Shown one piece after another: positions 9,367-18,123 of a stretch of DNA of 64,000 nucleotides (its first letter is position 1; every line of letters starts with the position of its first letter). The stretch lies in NCBI GenBank assembly GCA_964393205.1, contig CAYMSV010000003.1, forward strand, positions 98,608 through 162,607, in the 5' to 3' direction. The notes below the pieces were generated by a model. That model saw only the letters and a program-made list of their open reading frames with translations. It was not told the DNA's origin and made no database searches. The DNA comes from an uncultured Pseudomonadales bacterium. GTDB taxonomy: Bacteria; Patescibacteriota; Microgenomatia; UBA1400; PJMF01. The position numbers were made by a program, and so were the translations under genes.

Positions 9367-10827
9367 ATGGAAGATAATCAGTTGCCAATTCGTACTAGAA
9401 TGGCTCCTAGTCCTACTGGAGAGATGCATGTTGCTAGTATGGCAACTTTATTAAAAAATTACGCCTATGCTAAGCGCCATCAAGGCCAGTTTATTTTGAG
9501 AATCGAAGACACCGATAAAAATAGAGAGGTGGCTGGTGGAGTAAAAAATATCCAAGACATTATTAAACAATATGGTTTGGATTGGGATGAGGGTCCGGGT
9601 AAAGGAGGTCCTTGTGGCCCATACATTCAGTCTCAGCGTTTAAGTATTTACCAAGAAAAAGCTAAAGAATTGGTTGAAAAGGGCAAAGCTTATTATTGTT
9701 TTTGCTCAAAAGAGCGTTTAGAAAAGGTTCGTCAGGAACAACAGAATCAACACCAGGCACCTCGTTATGATCAACACTGTCGTCACTTAGAAAAGTCTGA
9801 AGTGGAAAAGCGGCTTGCAGTTGGAGAAGCTCATGTAATTCGACTGAAAGTTCCAGAAAATCAAGAAATTAGTTTTACAGATTTATTGCGTGGAGAGATT
9901 ACTTTTAATTCTAGTCAGGTTGATGATCAGGTTTTATTAAAATCAGATGGTTATCCTACTTATCATCTTGCAGTCGTGGTCGACGATAGTTTAATGAAAA
10001 TTAGTCACGTTATGAGGGGCGAAGAATGGATTAGTTCTACGCCAAAACATGTTTTATTATATCGAGCCTTTAACTGGCCTATGCCGGTATTTGCACATTT
10101 TCCACTATTTTTAAACCCAGACGGAAAAGGCAAGATGAGTAAGAGAAAGGGTACTGTTTCTGCACAGTCCTTTTTAGATCGAGGCTATTTACCAGAAGCA
10201 GTACTTAATTTTTTAATGATTTTGGGTTGGTCTCCAGCTGATCAGAGAGAAATAATTAGCTTGGATGAGTATATTAAAGAATTTAATCCTAGTGATTTAA
10301 GCATGAACTCGGTAGTGTTTGATATTAAAAAACTTAATTGGATTAATGGAATTTACATTCGTCGTTTGCCTAAAGAAGAGTTGAAAAAGCGAATTCAAGC
10401 ATTTATTCCTGAGGAATTTCCTCTTGAGAAATTTGATCTTATTTTATCTTTGGTTTATGAGCGCTTGGTAACTTTAGCTGATTTTGATGAATTAACTAAT
10501 TTTTTCTATCAAGAAATTGACTATGAGACGAAGTTATTGTTTAAAAAAGCTAATGGTCAACAGGACTTACTCAATAAACAGATTCAATTAACTAGAGATT
10601 TAATTAAAAATTTATCTGACTTTAATTTAGAAAGTCTAGAACGAGGAATCAGAGAATTACAGGAAGAGAACGATTGGCATAAGGGACAGTATTTTATGAT
10701 GTTGCGTATTGCTATGACTGGTAAAACTGCTACTCCACCCCTGTTTGAAACAATGTTGGTTTTAGAACAAGAACTAATTTTAAAAAGATTAGCTTTAGCT
10801 ACAGAAAAAATAGAGAATTATGGATAA
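9367..10827 (+). CDS. gltX: Glutamyl-tRNA synthetase
   Basis: 'RMAPSPTGEMHVAS' (HIGH-class signature) and 'KMSKRKG' (KMSKS). Confidence 0.9.
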   Translation: MEDNQLPIRTRMAPSPTGEMHVASMATLLKNYAYAKRHQGQFILRIEDTDKNREVAGGVKNIQDIIKQYGLDWDEGPGKGGPCGPYIQSQRLSIYQEKAKELVEKGKAYYCFCSKERLEKVRQEQQNQHQAPRYDQHCRHLEKSEVEKRLAVGEAHVIRLKVPENQEISFTDLLRGEITFNSSQVDDQVLLKSDGYPTYHLAVVVDDSLMKISHVMRGEEWISSTPKHVLLYRAFNWPMPVFAHFPLFLNPDGKGKMSKRKGTVSAQSFLDRGYLPEAVLNFLMILGWSPADQREIISLDEYIKEFNPSDLSMNSVVFDIKKLNWINGIYIRRLPKEELKKRIQAFIPEEFPLEKFDLILSLVYERLVTLADFDELTNFFYQEIDYETKLLFKKANGQQDLLNKQIQLTRDLIKNLSDFNLESLERGIRELQEENDWHKGQYFMMLRIAMTGKTATPPLFETMLVLEQELILKRLALATEKIENYG

Positions 10828-11644
10828 GAAGAAAACAGCCAATCTTAAAAATGGCTCTCAACAACTAGTGGCAGGCTTGGCGATGGCTGGTCAAGTGGCG
10901 ATGATGAATCCTCACGTCGTGAACGAAATGTTGCCCGATCAAGCTGTCTATGCTAAAACTGGTCGAGAAAAAGATGAAGATTTAGCACTGGATTTATCTG
11001 CTACTGAGTATCAGGAAATTATTGCCAAGCTAAACTCTCATGTTAGTGGACCAGCAGGTCATTTAGAAACAGAAACTCAATTATATCTAGAACAACAATT
11101 AAGTTTAATTTTAGGATTTGATGTGCGTCATGAGCTAGATGGTAAAAAATTAAATCACAGTATCGGTATTATGGGTGGGGAACAACACTTAATGCGTTAT
11201 CCTGGTGATACTTTGGACAAACACGATGCTTATCAGGAAGCGGGTATGGCACCAAAACGGGGAGCCTTTTCTTGGTTTACTGAGGCGGGTCAATTGAGTG
11301 AAGAAGCAATCATGAGAGAAAAATATTATTTTGCAGTCCAACTGATGTATTTATCCAATTGGAATCAAGATTATCCAGAACTGAAGCCTTGGTATAAATA
11401 TCGAAAAATGATAATGATTAATCCCAGCGAACAAATAGCTGTGGTGGGAGTGGTAGCCGATGCTGGCCCAGCGGCTTGGGTGCAAAAACAATTTGGAGGT
11501 TCACCAGAAGTAATCAGAGAGGGTAAAGTTTGGTCAAATAATAGTCGAGGTAGAGTGATGCTTTTATTTGTTGATGATATAGAAAATAAAATTCCTTTAG
11601 GTCCAATTGATATTAGTTTTGCAGCTAAAGTTTCTGCCCAGTGA
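10820..11644 (+). CDS. Conserved hypothetical protein (274 aa), co-operonic with gltX and ybeY
   Basis: The ORF overlaps the gltX stop (ATGA-type coupling) and ends 10 nt before ybeY. Its amino-acid and codon composition is Ala/Gly-richer than its neighbours. No recognisable motif. Confidence 0.45.
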   Translation: MDKKKTANLKNGSQQLVAGLAMAGQVAMMNPHVVNEMLPDQAVYAKTGREKDEDLALDLSATEYQEIIAKLNSHVSGPAGHLETETQLYLEQQLSLILGFDVRHELDGKKLNHSIGIMGGEQHLMRYPGDTLDKHDAYQEAGMAPKRGAFSWFTEAGQLSEEAIMREKYYFAVQLMYLSNWNQDYPELKPWYKYRKMIMINPSEQIAVVGVVADAGPAAWVQKQFGGSPEVIREGKVWSNNSRGRVMLLFVDDIENKIPLGPIDISFAAKVSAQ

Positions 11645-11654
11645 GAAATTAAAT

Positions 11655-12050
11655 ATGATTAAAAGTAATTTATTTATTGGTTCTCGTTATCCAGTTAATC
11701 GTCGAAAAATTCGACAAACTGTAGAAAAAATTTTAAAACAACATGGTGTAGAACACGCTCAGGTCGACATTTCCGTAGTTGGAGGACGCAAGATTAAGAA
11801 GTTAAATGAAGAACAACTTGGTCATTCAGGAGCTACTGATGTTTTGTCATTTCCTCAACATGATAAGGGAAAACTAGAAGAGACTCCTTTGCCTAAAGAG
11901 CTTCCCCCTCATTTGGGAGATGTGGTGATTAGTTTTCCCGAGGCAGTGAAAACTGCTCGTCGTTTTGGAAGGTTGGTAGATGAACAAATTAATTTTTATC
12001 TAGAACATGGTCTCATGCATCTTTTAGGTTATCATCACGATGACCATTAA
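11655..12050 (+). CDS. ybeY: Endoribonuclease YbeY (rRNA maturation factor)
   Basis: C-terminal zinc-binding 'HGLMHLLGYHHDDH' (H3xH5xH). The start is taken at the internal Met (MIKSN...) rather than the track start at 11607. Confidence 0.85.
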   Translation: MIKSNLFIGSRYPVNRRKIRQTVEKILKQHGVEHAQVDISVVGGRKIKKLNEEQLGHSGATDVLSFPQHDKGKLEETPLPKELPPHLGDVVISFPEAVKTARRFGRLVDEQINFYLEHGLMHLLGYHHDDH

Positions 12051-12080
12051 ACACTTTAATATGTTAAACTAAAATTACTT

Positions 12081-13628
12081 ATGGCTTGGTATCGTAAATA
12101 TCGTCCAAAAACAATCGCTGAACTGGATATTACTCGGGTTAGAGAGAGTCTACAGGCGATGATGAAGGCTGGCAAAATTCCCCAATCCTTAATATTTGCT
12201 GGTCCCAAAGGAACTGGCAAAACCTCTGCTTCACGCATCATAGCTTCGCTACTTAATGATCAAAAAAACGAAGATTTGGTTGATCAATTATATTTTGGCA
12301 AAGAAAATAACAAAAAGAAGAAATTAGTTTTTCAAGAACCAGATCCTAATTCGACTTTGGCTAAAAAAGTTTATGAGGGACAATCTTTTTTGGTGCACGA
12401 GTTGGACGCAGCTAGCAACCGAGGCATTGATGATATTAGGCTCCTAAAAGAAAGAATAGTTTTACCACCTCAGGGAGCTAAAATGGCAGTTTACATTTTA
12501 GATGAAGTGCATATGTTAACTACAGAGGCCTTCAATGCTTTTTTAAAGGTTTTAGAAGAGCCACCTCAACATGTGGTTTTTATTTTAGCTACTACAGAGT
12601 TGCAAAAATTGCCCTCTACAATAGTGTCGCGTTGTACTTTACTAGATTTTAATAAGGCTAGTGAAGAAGAGATAGTTAAGGCGCTGGAGCGAATATTAAA
12701 AACAGAAAAAATTGATTACAAGAAGAAAGATTTAATAAGTATCGCTCATCGGGCTGATGGAAGTTTTCGTGATGCAGTCAAAAATTTAGAGCTAGCTTGT
12801 CAGAGTGGTAAGCTCGATATCAATATAATTAACTCATATCTTGGTCAAGACAATTTAATTTATATCAAACAACTGTTATCTTTATTATTAGCCAAAGACG
12901 CTCCGGCAATTAGTCAGTTGTTTGTAGAGTTACGAGCTAAAAACTATCAGCAAAAAACTTTTTATAAAGATTTGCTAGAGTTTTTACACGATGATTTATT
13001 AATAAATCTAGGAGTGAAAAAAGGCTCAGCCTTTGCAGAACAAAAAATAGATCATTTTTTATTAAAAGAGTTGAGTAATATAGATTTGCAGCAAGAACTA
13101 CCAATTACTTTTTTAGCCTTAGAATTAGTTTTTTTAGCTATTATTGATAGGTCAATTGAACAAACAAAAAATGGTAAAAACACTAAAGGGGGTGGAAGTT
13201 CCTCGACACAAAAAAAACCAATTTTTAAAAAAAGCAAAAAAAAAATTCAAATAGAAGCTGAATTTATTAAAGAAAGTGTTGTAGAAAACGATGATGCTGT
13301 TGAAAATGGTGTTTTAAAACATTCTCTTTCTGTTTCTTCAGCGTCTGAATTATGGCAAAAACTATTGGAGTTTGTTGCCCAAGAAAATTTCTCGCTATCG
13401 GCACTTTTACAAGCCTGTAAACTAGAAGGTGTAATTGATGGTACAGCTAGAATTTTAGTTTTCTATGATTTTCATAAGGAACAATTAGAACAACAAAAAT
13501 ATAGAAATTTGCTACATCAGAGTTGTCAAAGTATTTTGGGAGAAGCTCTTCAGTTTGACTTTGTTTTAAGCAAGCCGGTGAAGGTTGAAAATGATTTGCT
13601 AGAGACAGCTAAGGATGTTTTGATATAA
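12081..13628 (+). CDS. dnaX: DNA polymerase III subunit tau/gamma
   Basis: 'YRKYRP', Walker A 'GPKGTGKTS', 'ILDEVHMLT' (DExx-box), the 'SRC' sensor motif, and a C-terminal tau-specific region. An A10 tract lies at about aa 386. Confidence 0.9.
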   Translation: MAWYRKYRPKTIAELDITRVRESLQAMMKAGKIPQSLIFAGPKGTGKTSASRIIASLLNDQKNEDLVDQLYFGKENNKKKKLVFQEPDPNSTLAKKVYEGQSFLVHELDAASNRGIDDIRLLKERIVLPPQGAKMAVYILDEVHMLTTEAFNAFLKVLEEPPQHVVFILATTELQKLPSTIVSRCTLLDFNKASEEEIVKALERILKTEKIDYKKKDLISIAHRADGSFRDAVKNLELACQSGKLDINIINSYLGQDNLIYIKQLLSLLLAKDAPAISQLFVELRAKNYQQKTFYKDLLEFLHDDLLINLGVKKGSAFAEQKIDHFLLKELSNIDLQQELPITFLALELVFLAIIDRSIEQTKNGKNTKGGGSSSTQKKPIFKKSKKKIQIEAEFIKESVVENDDAVENGVLKHSLSVSSASELWQKLLEFVAQENFSLSALLQACKLEGVIDGTARILVFYDFHKEQLEQQKYRNLLHQSCQSILGEALQFDFVLSKPVKVENDLLETAKDVLI

Positions 13629-13673
13629 TCTTATTTAATTAAATATTATCAATTAATATAAAAAGGAAATAAT

Positions 13674-13961
13674 ATGGCAGACAAAGCGGGCTTATTGGGT
13701 CAATTGGGAGATTTAAATAAACTACGCAAGCAGGCTAAGCAAATGCAAAAAGAATTAGCCGCAGAAGAAATCGTAGTTGAAGAAGGAGACATTGTGGTCA
13801 CAATTGCTGGAGACCAAAAAATTAAAGACGTCTCTGTTCAAGGAATTCACAGCGCTGATTTGGTAGATGCTTTAAACAAAGCAATCAAAAAATCTCAAGA
13901 AATTGCTGCTAAAAAATTGCAAACAATGACTGGTGGCTTAGGTGGGATGATGGGTAGATAA
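13674..13961 (+). CDS. ybaB: Nucleoid-associated protein YbaB/EbfC
   Basis: 95 aa, 'LGDLNKLRKQAKQMQKEL' followed by a C-terminal Gly/Met tail. The canonical dnaX-ybaB gene order is preserved. Confidence 0.85.
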   Translation: MADKAGLLGQLGDLNKLRKQAKQMQKELAAEEIVVEEGDIVVTIAGDQKIKDVSVQGIHSADLVDALNKAIKKSQEIAAKKLQTMTGGLGGMMGR

Positions 13962-13970
13962 ACTAGCATC

Positions 13971-14579
13971 ATGCATATTTTATTTGCTAGTCAAAATCTT
14001 GGGAAAATTGCTGAAGTTAAGAAAATTTTTAAAGATTACAGATATCGGGTTCTTACTCTCAACGACCAAGAATTACTAGAAGAATTAGGAGTAAAGATTC
14101 CGGCTGGTTTAATTGTTGCTGAGACGGGTAAAACTCTCAAAGCCAATGCCTTGATTAAGGCCCAGTCTTTTCACCAATTAAGTCAATTACCTTGTTTAGC
14201 AGATGACAGTGGTTTATTATTGGAAGCCTTTTCCAATTTTCCTGGAGTAGATTCTAAGCGTTGGTTTAAAGGAACTGATCAGGAGCGAAATTTGGCATTA
14301 TTAAAAAAACTAGAAGGACAAAAAAATCGACGAGCTAAATTTCAAACAGTTTTATGTCTATTTGCTTTTAAGCAAGAAAAACCCTTGTTTTTTGTGGGAG
14401 AAGTTACTGGACGCATAGCTACAGAACCAAGTGGTTCAGCTGGTTTTGGTTATGATCCCTTGTTTATTCCAGATGGCTATAAAGAAACTTTTGCTCAATT
14501 AGGGATAGAAATTAAAAATAAAATTTCTCACCGAGCAAGAGCTTGGCAAGCCCTAGTTGAATATCTTAATAAAAATTAA
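13971..14579 (+). CDS. rdgB: Non-canonical purine NTP pyrophosphatase (RdgB/Ham1 family, ITPase)
   Basis: 'ILFASQNLGKIAE', 'DDSGL', 'FGYDPLFIP'. Confidence 0.85.
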   Translation: MHILFASQNLGKIAEVKKIFKDYRYRVLTLNDQELLEELGVKIPAGLIVAETGKTLKANALIKAQSFHQLSQLPCLADDSGLLLEAFSNFPGVDSKRWFKGTDQERNLALLKKLEGQKNRRAKFQTVLCLFAFKQEKPLFFVGEVTGRIATEPSGSAGFGYDPLFIPDGYKETFAQLGIEIKNKISHRARAWQALVEYLNKN

Positions 14580-15646
14580 GCTATGGTGATTTGTTCTTCC
14601 AAATAGACGTCTTGTACAGCGCGAAGTAAATTTACTCCCTCAGTCATTGCTCGTTTAAAAGCCTTTCGTCCTAAAATCAGGCCAGCACCACCGGCTCTTT
14701 TGTTAATAACTGCATTTTTTACTGCTGCTTTTAAATCTTTTTGAAAATCACCTTCAGAATTACTTTCTCCTCCAGAGTTGAGTAGTGGAATCTTACCAGC
14801 AAAACAGTTGATAACTTGTAAGCGCACCATATCTATCGGGTTTTCGGTGCTAAGCGATTCATACATTTCATCATTATATTTGGCAAATTTGAGTTGACGA
14901 AAAGCACCATCAGTACTAGGCATTTTTTGTTTAATGATGTCAGCACCAATAGTCACTCCCAAACGATTAGCCTGAGAAGTGATATCTGCACTTGAGTTAT
15001 AATCAGTATCCTTAGTTTTCCAAGCGATATTGCGTGGATAACACCAAAGAATGGTTGCCATGCCTAATTGATGAGCTTCATGAAAAATTTTAGCAATTTC
15101 TGTTAATTGTCGGTTACTTTCTGTAGAACCAAAGTAGATAGTGGCACCAATGGCCACTGCTCCAAGCTCGTAAGCTTGTTTGGCTTGTGCAAAAACATTT
15201 TGATCCCATTTATTAGGATAGGTTAAAAGTTCGTTATGATTGATTTTGACGATGAATGGAATTTTATCGGCATATTTTTTACTGAGTAGAGCAAGAGCAC
15301 CAAAACTAGAAACAAGAGCGCTACTTTCAGCTTCAAGAGCTAGTTTAACAATATTTTCTGGGTCAAAGTAGATTGGGTTTTTATAGAATGAGTAATTAGC
15401 CGTATGCTCAATATCTTGATCGACCGGTAAAATTGACAAATAACCAGTGTTGGCTAATCGACCATGTCCATAAATTTTTTCTAAACTTTCAATTACTTTC
15501 TCACTACGATTGGATTGGGAGAAAATATCTCTAACTTGATTTGGATTAACTTGATAAACCAAATCTTTTGTTAATTTATTGCATCGATGAGCCAATAAAT
15601 ACTTGGCCTCTTTTTCTAAGAGTTTGGCTGTTTCTTCGTAAGTCAT
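14576..15646 (-). CDS. fbaB: Fructose-bisphosphate aldolase, class I (DhnA/FbaB type)
   Basis: Collinear with E. coli FbaB over its whole length: 'HRC', 'TGYLSILPVDQ', Schiff-base lysine region 'FIVKINH', 'NKRAGGAGLILGRKAFKR'. Confidence 0.85.
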   Translation of the reverse strand: MTYEETAKLLEKEAKYLLAHRCNKLTKDLVYQVNPNQVRDIFSQSNRSEKVIESLEKIYGHGRLANTGYLSILPVDQDIEHTANYSFYKNPIYFDPENIVKLALEAESSALVSSFGALALLSKKYADKIPFIVKINHNELLTYPNKWDQNVFAQAKQAYELGAVAIGATIYFGSTESNRQLTEIAKIFHEAHQLGMATILWCYPRNIAWKTKDTDYNSSADITSQANRLGVTIGADIIKQKMPSTDGAFRQLKFAKYNDEMYESLSTENPIDMVRLQVINCFAGKIPLLNSGGESNSEGDFQKDLKAAVKNAVINKRAGGAGLILGRKAFKRAMTEGVNLLRAVQDVYLEEQITIA

Positions 15647-15649
15647 GGT

Positions 15650-16177
15650 TTATTTACTTTTTTTAGTTTTTTTGGAACTAGTTGTTTTTTTCTTCTCAAT
15701 TTTTATAAATTCTGGACGAATTTCATATAGTAAATAAAAACTAATTACAGCCGAAATAAGCAAGCCAAAAAGACCACCCCAGCCTAAAATTAGTACAACT
15801 AAGCTTTCAGCAAGGGACAAAATAGCTGATAAAAAGAGTAATAGCCAACCCTCATATTCTTTGTTTTTTAAAGGTTTATAGGCCATTAAATAAAGAGCAC
15901 CCATTAAAGCAGTGAAGATGCCAGAAACATAATAATAAGCTCGACTAACCTGAGCCCATTGCATTATCCAAGATTGAGTTCGATTGAAAATAAAAATATT
16001 TTGTAGAGCACTAATAATACTAAAAATTCCACCGATTAATACCAAGAATGGTAAGATTTTAACAATAGTTTCAATCCATTTTTTGGGCAAGTGAGGTAGT
16101 TCTTTAAATAAAGGAACACCTTTATCAGCCAAATCTTTAACATTTTTATTATAGAGAAGGGAAGATTTTTTTTGCAT
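15650..16177 (-). CDS. Integral membrane protein, function unknown
   Basis: Four predicted TM helices and a Lys-rich C-terminal tail. No motif. Confidence 0.4.
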   Translation of the reverse strand: MQKKSSLLYNKNVKDLADKGVPLFKELPHLPKKWIETIVKILPFLVLIGGIFSIISALQNIFIFNRTQSWIMQWAQVSRAYYYVSGIFTALMGALYLMAYKPLKNKEYEGWLLLFLSAILSLAESLVVLILGWGGLFGLLISAVISFYLLYEIRPEFIKIEKKKTTSSKKTKKSK

Positions 16178-16360
16178 AATAAATCATTTTAACAAAAATT
16201 TTAAGTTTTTGACAGCGTTTGTTTTAAATTTCAGTTGATGTAGAGCAAAGTTTAAAGTCTAAAGATAAATAGAATTAATTTGCGAAAATTGAGTTTTTTT
16301 GCTATTCTTAGTGACTTCTAAGAAAAAAATAAAAATAATTAATATATAATTAAGTTTGAA

Positions 16361-17392
16361 ATGTCAAAAATTAAAAAATTCTTTAGCAAAAAAAATTGGA
16401 AACTATTAATCATTATTGCTGCAGTTGTTCTTTTAGGAATAGTGTTTTTTTGGAATCGTCAAAAAAACCAAGAAACTCAGTTTCTTGAACAGCAAGTAGA
16501 GCGACAAGATATTACTCAAAGCTTGGTTTTATCAGGGACTTTGGATGCAAAAGAGCGCGTTTATCTTAATTTTTTGGCCGGTGGCAAATTGGTTTATTTG
16601 GGCGCAGAAGAAGGTGATTGGGTGAAAAAGTGGCAAACTATTGCCAGTATTGATGCTCGAGATTTACAAAAGAATTTGGAAAAAAATCTTAACTTTTATG
16701 AAAACCGTCGTTTTGATTGGGATGCTCAAGTTGAAGAAGATAAGGATCAAGTTTTAACTGATGATGAAATTAGAGCACGTAAGCAAGATCAGAATCTCTT
16801 GGACAATACTGTTTTAGATGTTGAGTTGATTAGTGTTGCAACAACTAATAGAGTTATGACAGCCCCATTTGCTGGGATATTATTAAGCATGCCAAGTCAG
16901 GTGACTGGTGTAACGCTTGCACCAAGCGATGTTTTTGAGTTGGTTAATCCCCAAACCTTATTAGTCAGGGCAGAGCTTGACGAGATAGATCTTTCTCTAG
17001 TTAGTTTGGGTCAGGGTGCCAATCTAATTTTTGATGCTTATCCAGAAGAAACAATTAGAAGTGAGATAATTTTTATAGCTTTAAAAAGTACTATGGGAAG
17101 TACGGGTACAGTTTTTAAACTTGAGTTGCCAATGATAGGGGTTGAGGATTTAAGTAAATATCGTTTAGGAATGAATGCTGACGTGGAAATAGAATTGGCA
17201 AAAAAAACTGAAGTTTTAGCGATACCCTTAGAGGCTATCAGCTCTCAAGAAGGTCAAACAGTGGTTAAAGTTAAGGACCAGAGTCGTCAAGGATATGAGG
17301 AAAGAGTGGTGGAGTTGGGTTTAGAAAGTGATGAAATGGCAGAAATTAAGAGTGGTTTAACAGAAGGTGAAATCATTCTCATTGAAAATTAA
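16361..17392 (+). CDS. HlyD/MacA-family periplasmic adaptor (membrane-fusion) protein
   Basis: N-terminal TM, coiled-coil hairpin and beta-barrel segments. It is followed directly by a MacB-type ABC ATPase and an FtsX permease. Confidence 0.7.
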   Translation: MSKIKKFFSKKNWKLLIIIAAVVLLGIVFFWNRQKNQETQFLEQQVERQDITQSLVLSGTLDAKERVYLNFLAGGKLVYLGAEEGDWVKKWQTIASIDARDLQKNLEKNLNFYENRRFDWDAQVEEDKDQVLTDDEIRARKQDQNLLDNTVLDVELISVATTNRVMTAPFAGILLSMPSQVTGVTLAPSDVFELVNPQTLLVRAELDEIDLSLVSLGQGANLIFDAYPEETIRSEIIFIALKSTMGSTGTVFKLELPMIGVEDLSKYRLGMNADVEIELAKKTEVLAIPLEAISSQEGQTVVKVKDQSRQGYEERVVELGLESDEMAEIKSGLTEGEIILIEN

Positions 17393-17400
17393 TTTAAATT

Positions 17401-18123
17401 ATGGCCAAGACGAAAAAGCGACTTAATGCCATTTTAGAACTTAAACAAGTTTCTAAAATTTATACTTTAGGTAAACAAAAAATTCCAGCTTTAAATAAAC
17501 TTTCTTTGAGTATTTGTGAAGGGGACTTTGTGGTGATTATGGGTCCTTCTGGATCTGGAAAATCAACTTTTTTGCAAGTAGCTAGTATGTTGTCTTACCC
17601 CACAAAAGGCGAGATCTTTTTAAAAAAGAAAAACGTTACCGATTACGATGAAATAGAAAGAGCGCGTCTGCGTAATCAAGAAATTGGTTTTATATTTCAA
17701 CAATTTAATTTATTGGCAAAAACCTCAGCAGTGGAACAAGTAGCTTTGCCATTGGTTTATGCTGGAGCGTCTGAAACAGAGAGAAAGAAAAGAGCGACAG
17801 CAATGTTGGAAAAAGTTGGTTTAGGAGATCGCTTACTGAATAAACCCGGAGAGTTATCTGGAGGACAACAACAGCGAGTAGCAATTGCTAGAGCCTTAGT
17901 TAATAACCCCAGTATTGTTTTTGCTGATGAACCAACTGGAAATTTAGATTCAAAATCTGGAGGAGAAATTAAGAAGATTTTGGTTGATTTAAATAAAGAA
18001 GGAAAGACCATTATTTTAGTTACTCATGATGAAAATGTGGCTAAAATAGCTAAACGTGAAGTTTTTATTAAAGATGGTCAAGTTGTCAAAGACGTGAGAT
18101 TGGACGGAAAAAAATGCTTTTAA
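17401..18123 (+). CDS. ABC transporter ATP-binding protein (MacB/LolD-like)
   Basis: Walker A 'GPSGSGKST', signature 'LSGGQQQRVAIARAL', Walker B 'IVFADEPTGNLD', H-loop 'LVTHD'. Confidence 0.9.
   Translation: MAKTKKRLNAILELKQVSKIYTLGKQKIPALNKLSLSICEGDFVVIMGPSGSGKSTFLQVASMLSYPTKGEIFLKKKNVTDYDEIERARLRNQEIGFIFQQFNLLAKTSAVEQVALPLVYAGASETERKKRATAMLEKVGLGDRLLNKPGELSGGQQQRVAIARALVNNPSIVFADEPTGNLDSKSGGEIKKILVDLNKEGKTIILVTHDENVAKIAKREVFIKDGQVVKDVRLDGKKCF

Noticed and set aside
11607-11654. 48-nt N-terminal extension of the ybeY ORF in the track
   Set aside because: The extension overlaps the upstream gene and is not conserved YbeY sequence. The internal ATG at 11655 gives a canonical YbeY N-terminus. 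The pflA track start at 42524 vs 42554 was handled the same way.
12056-12241. Minus-strand 61-aa ORF overlapping the dnaX 5' end
   Set aside because: Antisense to the dnaX Walker-A coding region; spurious.
13228-13234. Canonical -1 slippery heptamer A AAA AAG in dnaX
   Set aside because: The heptamer exists, but in this reading frame the zero-frame codons are TTT AAA AAA AGC, not X XXY YYZ, so classical tandem tRNA slippage is not favoured. The adjacent in-frame A10 run is the better candidate and is reported instead.
17757-18011. Minus-strand 84-aa ORF inside the ABC ATPase gene
   Set aside because: Antisense to the conserved LSGGQ/Walker-B region. It is Ser/Pro/Cys-rich, typical of antisense translation of an ABC gene.
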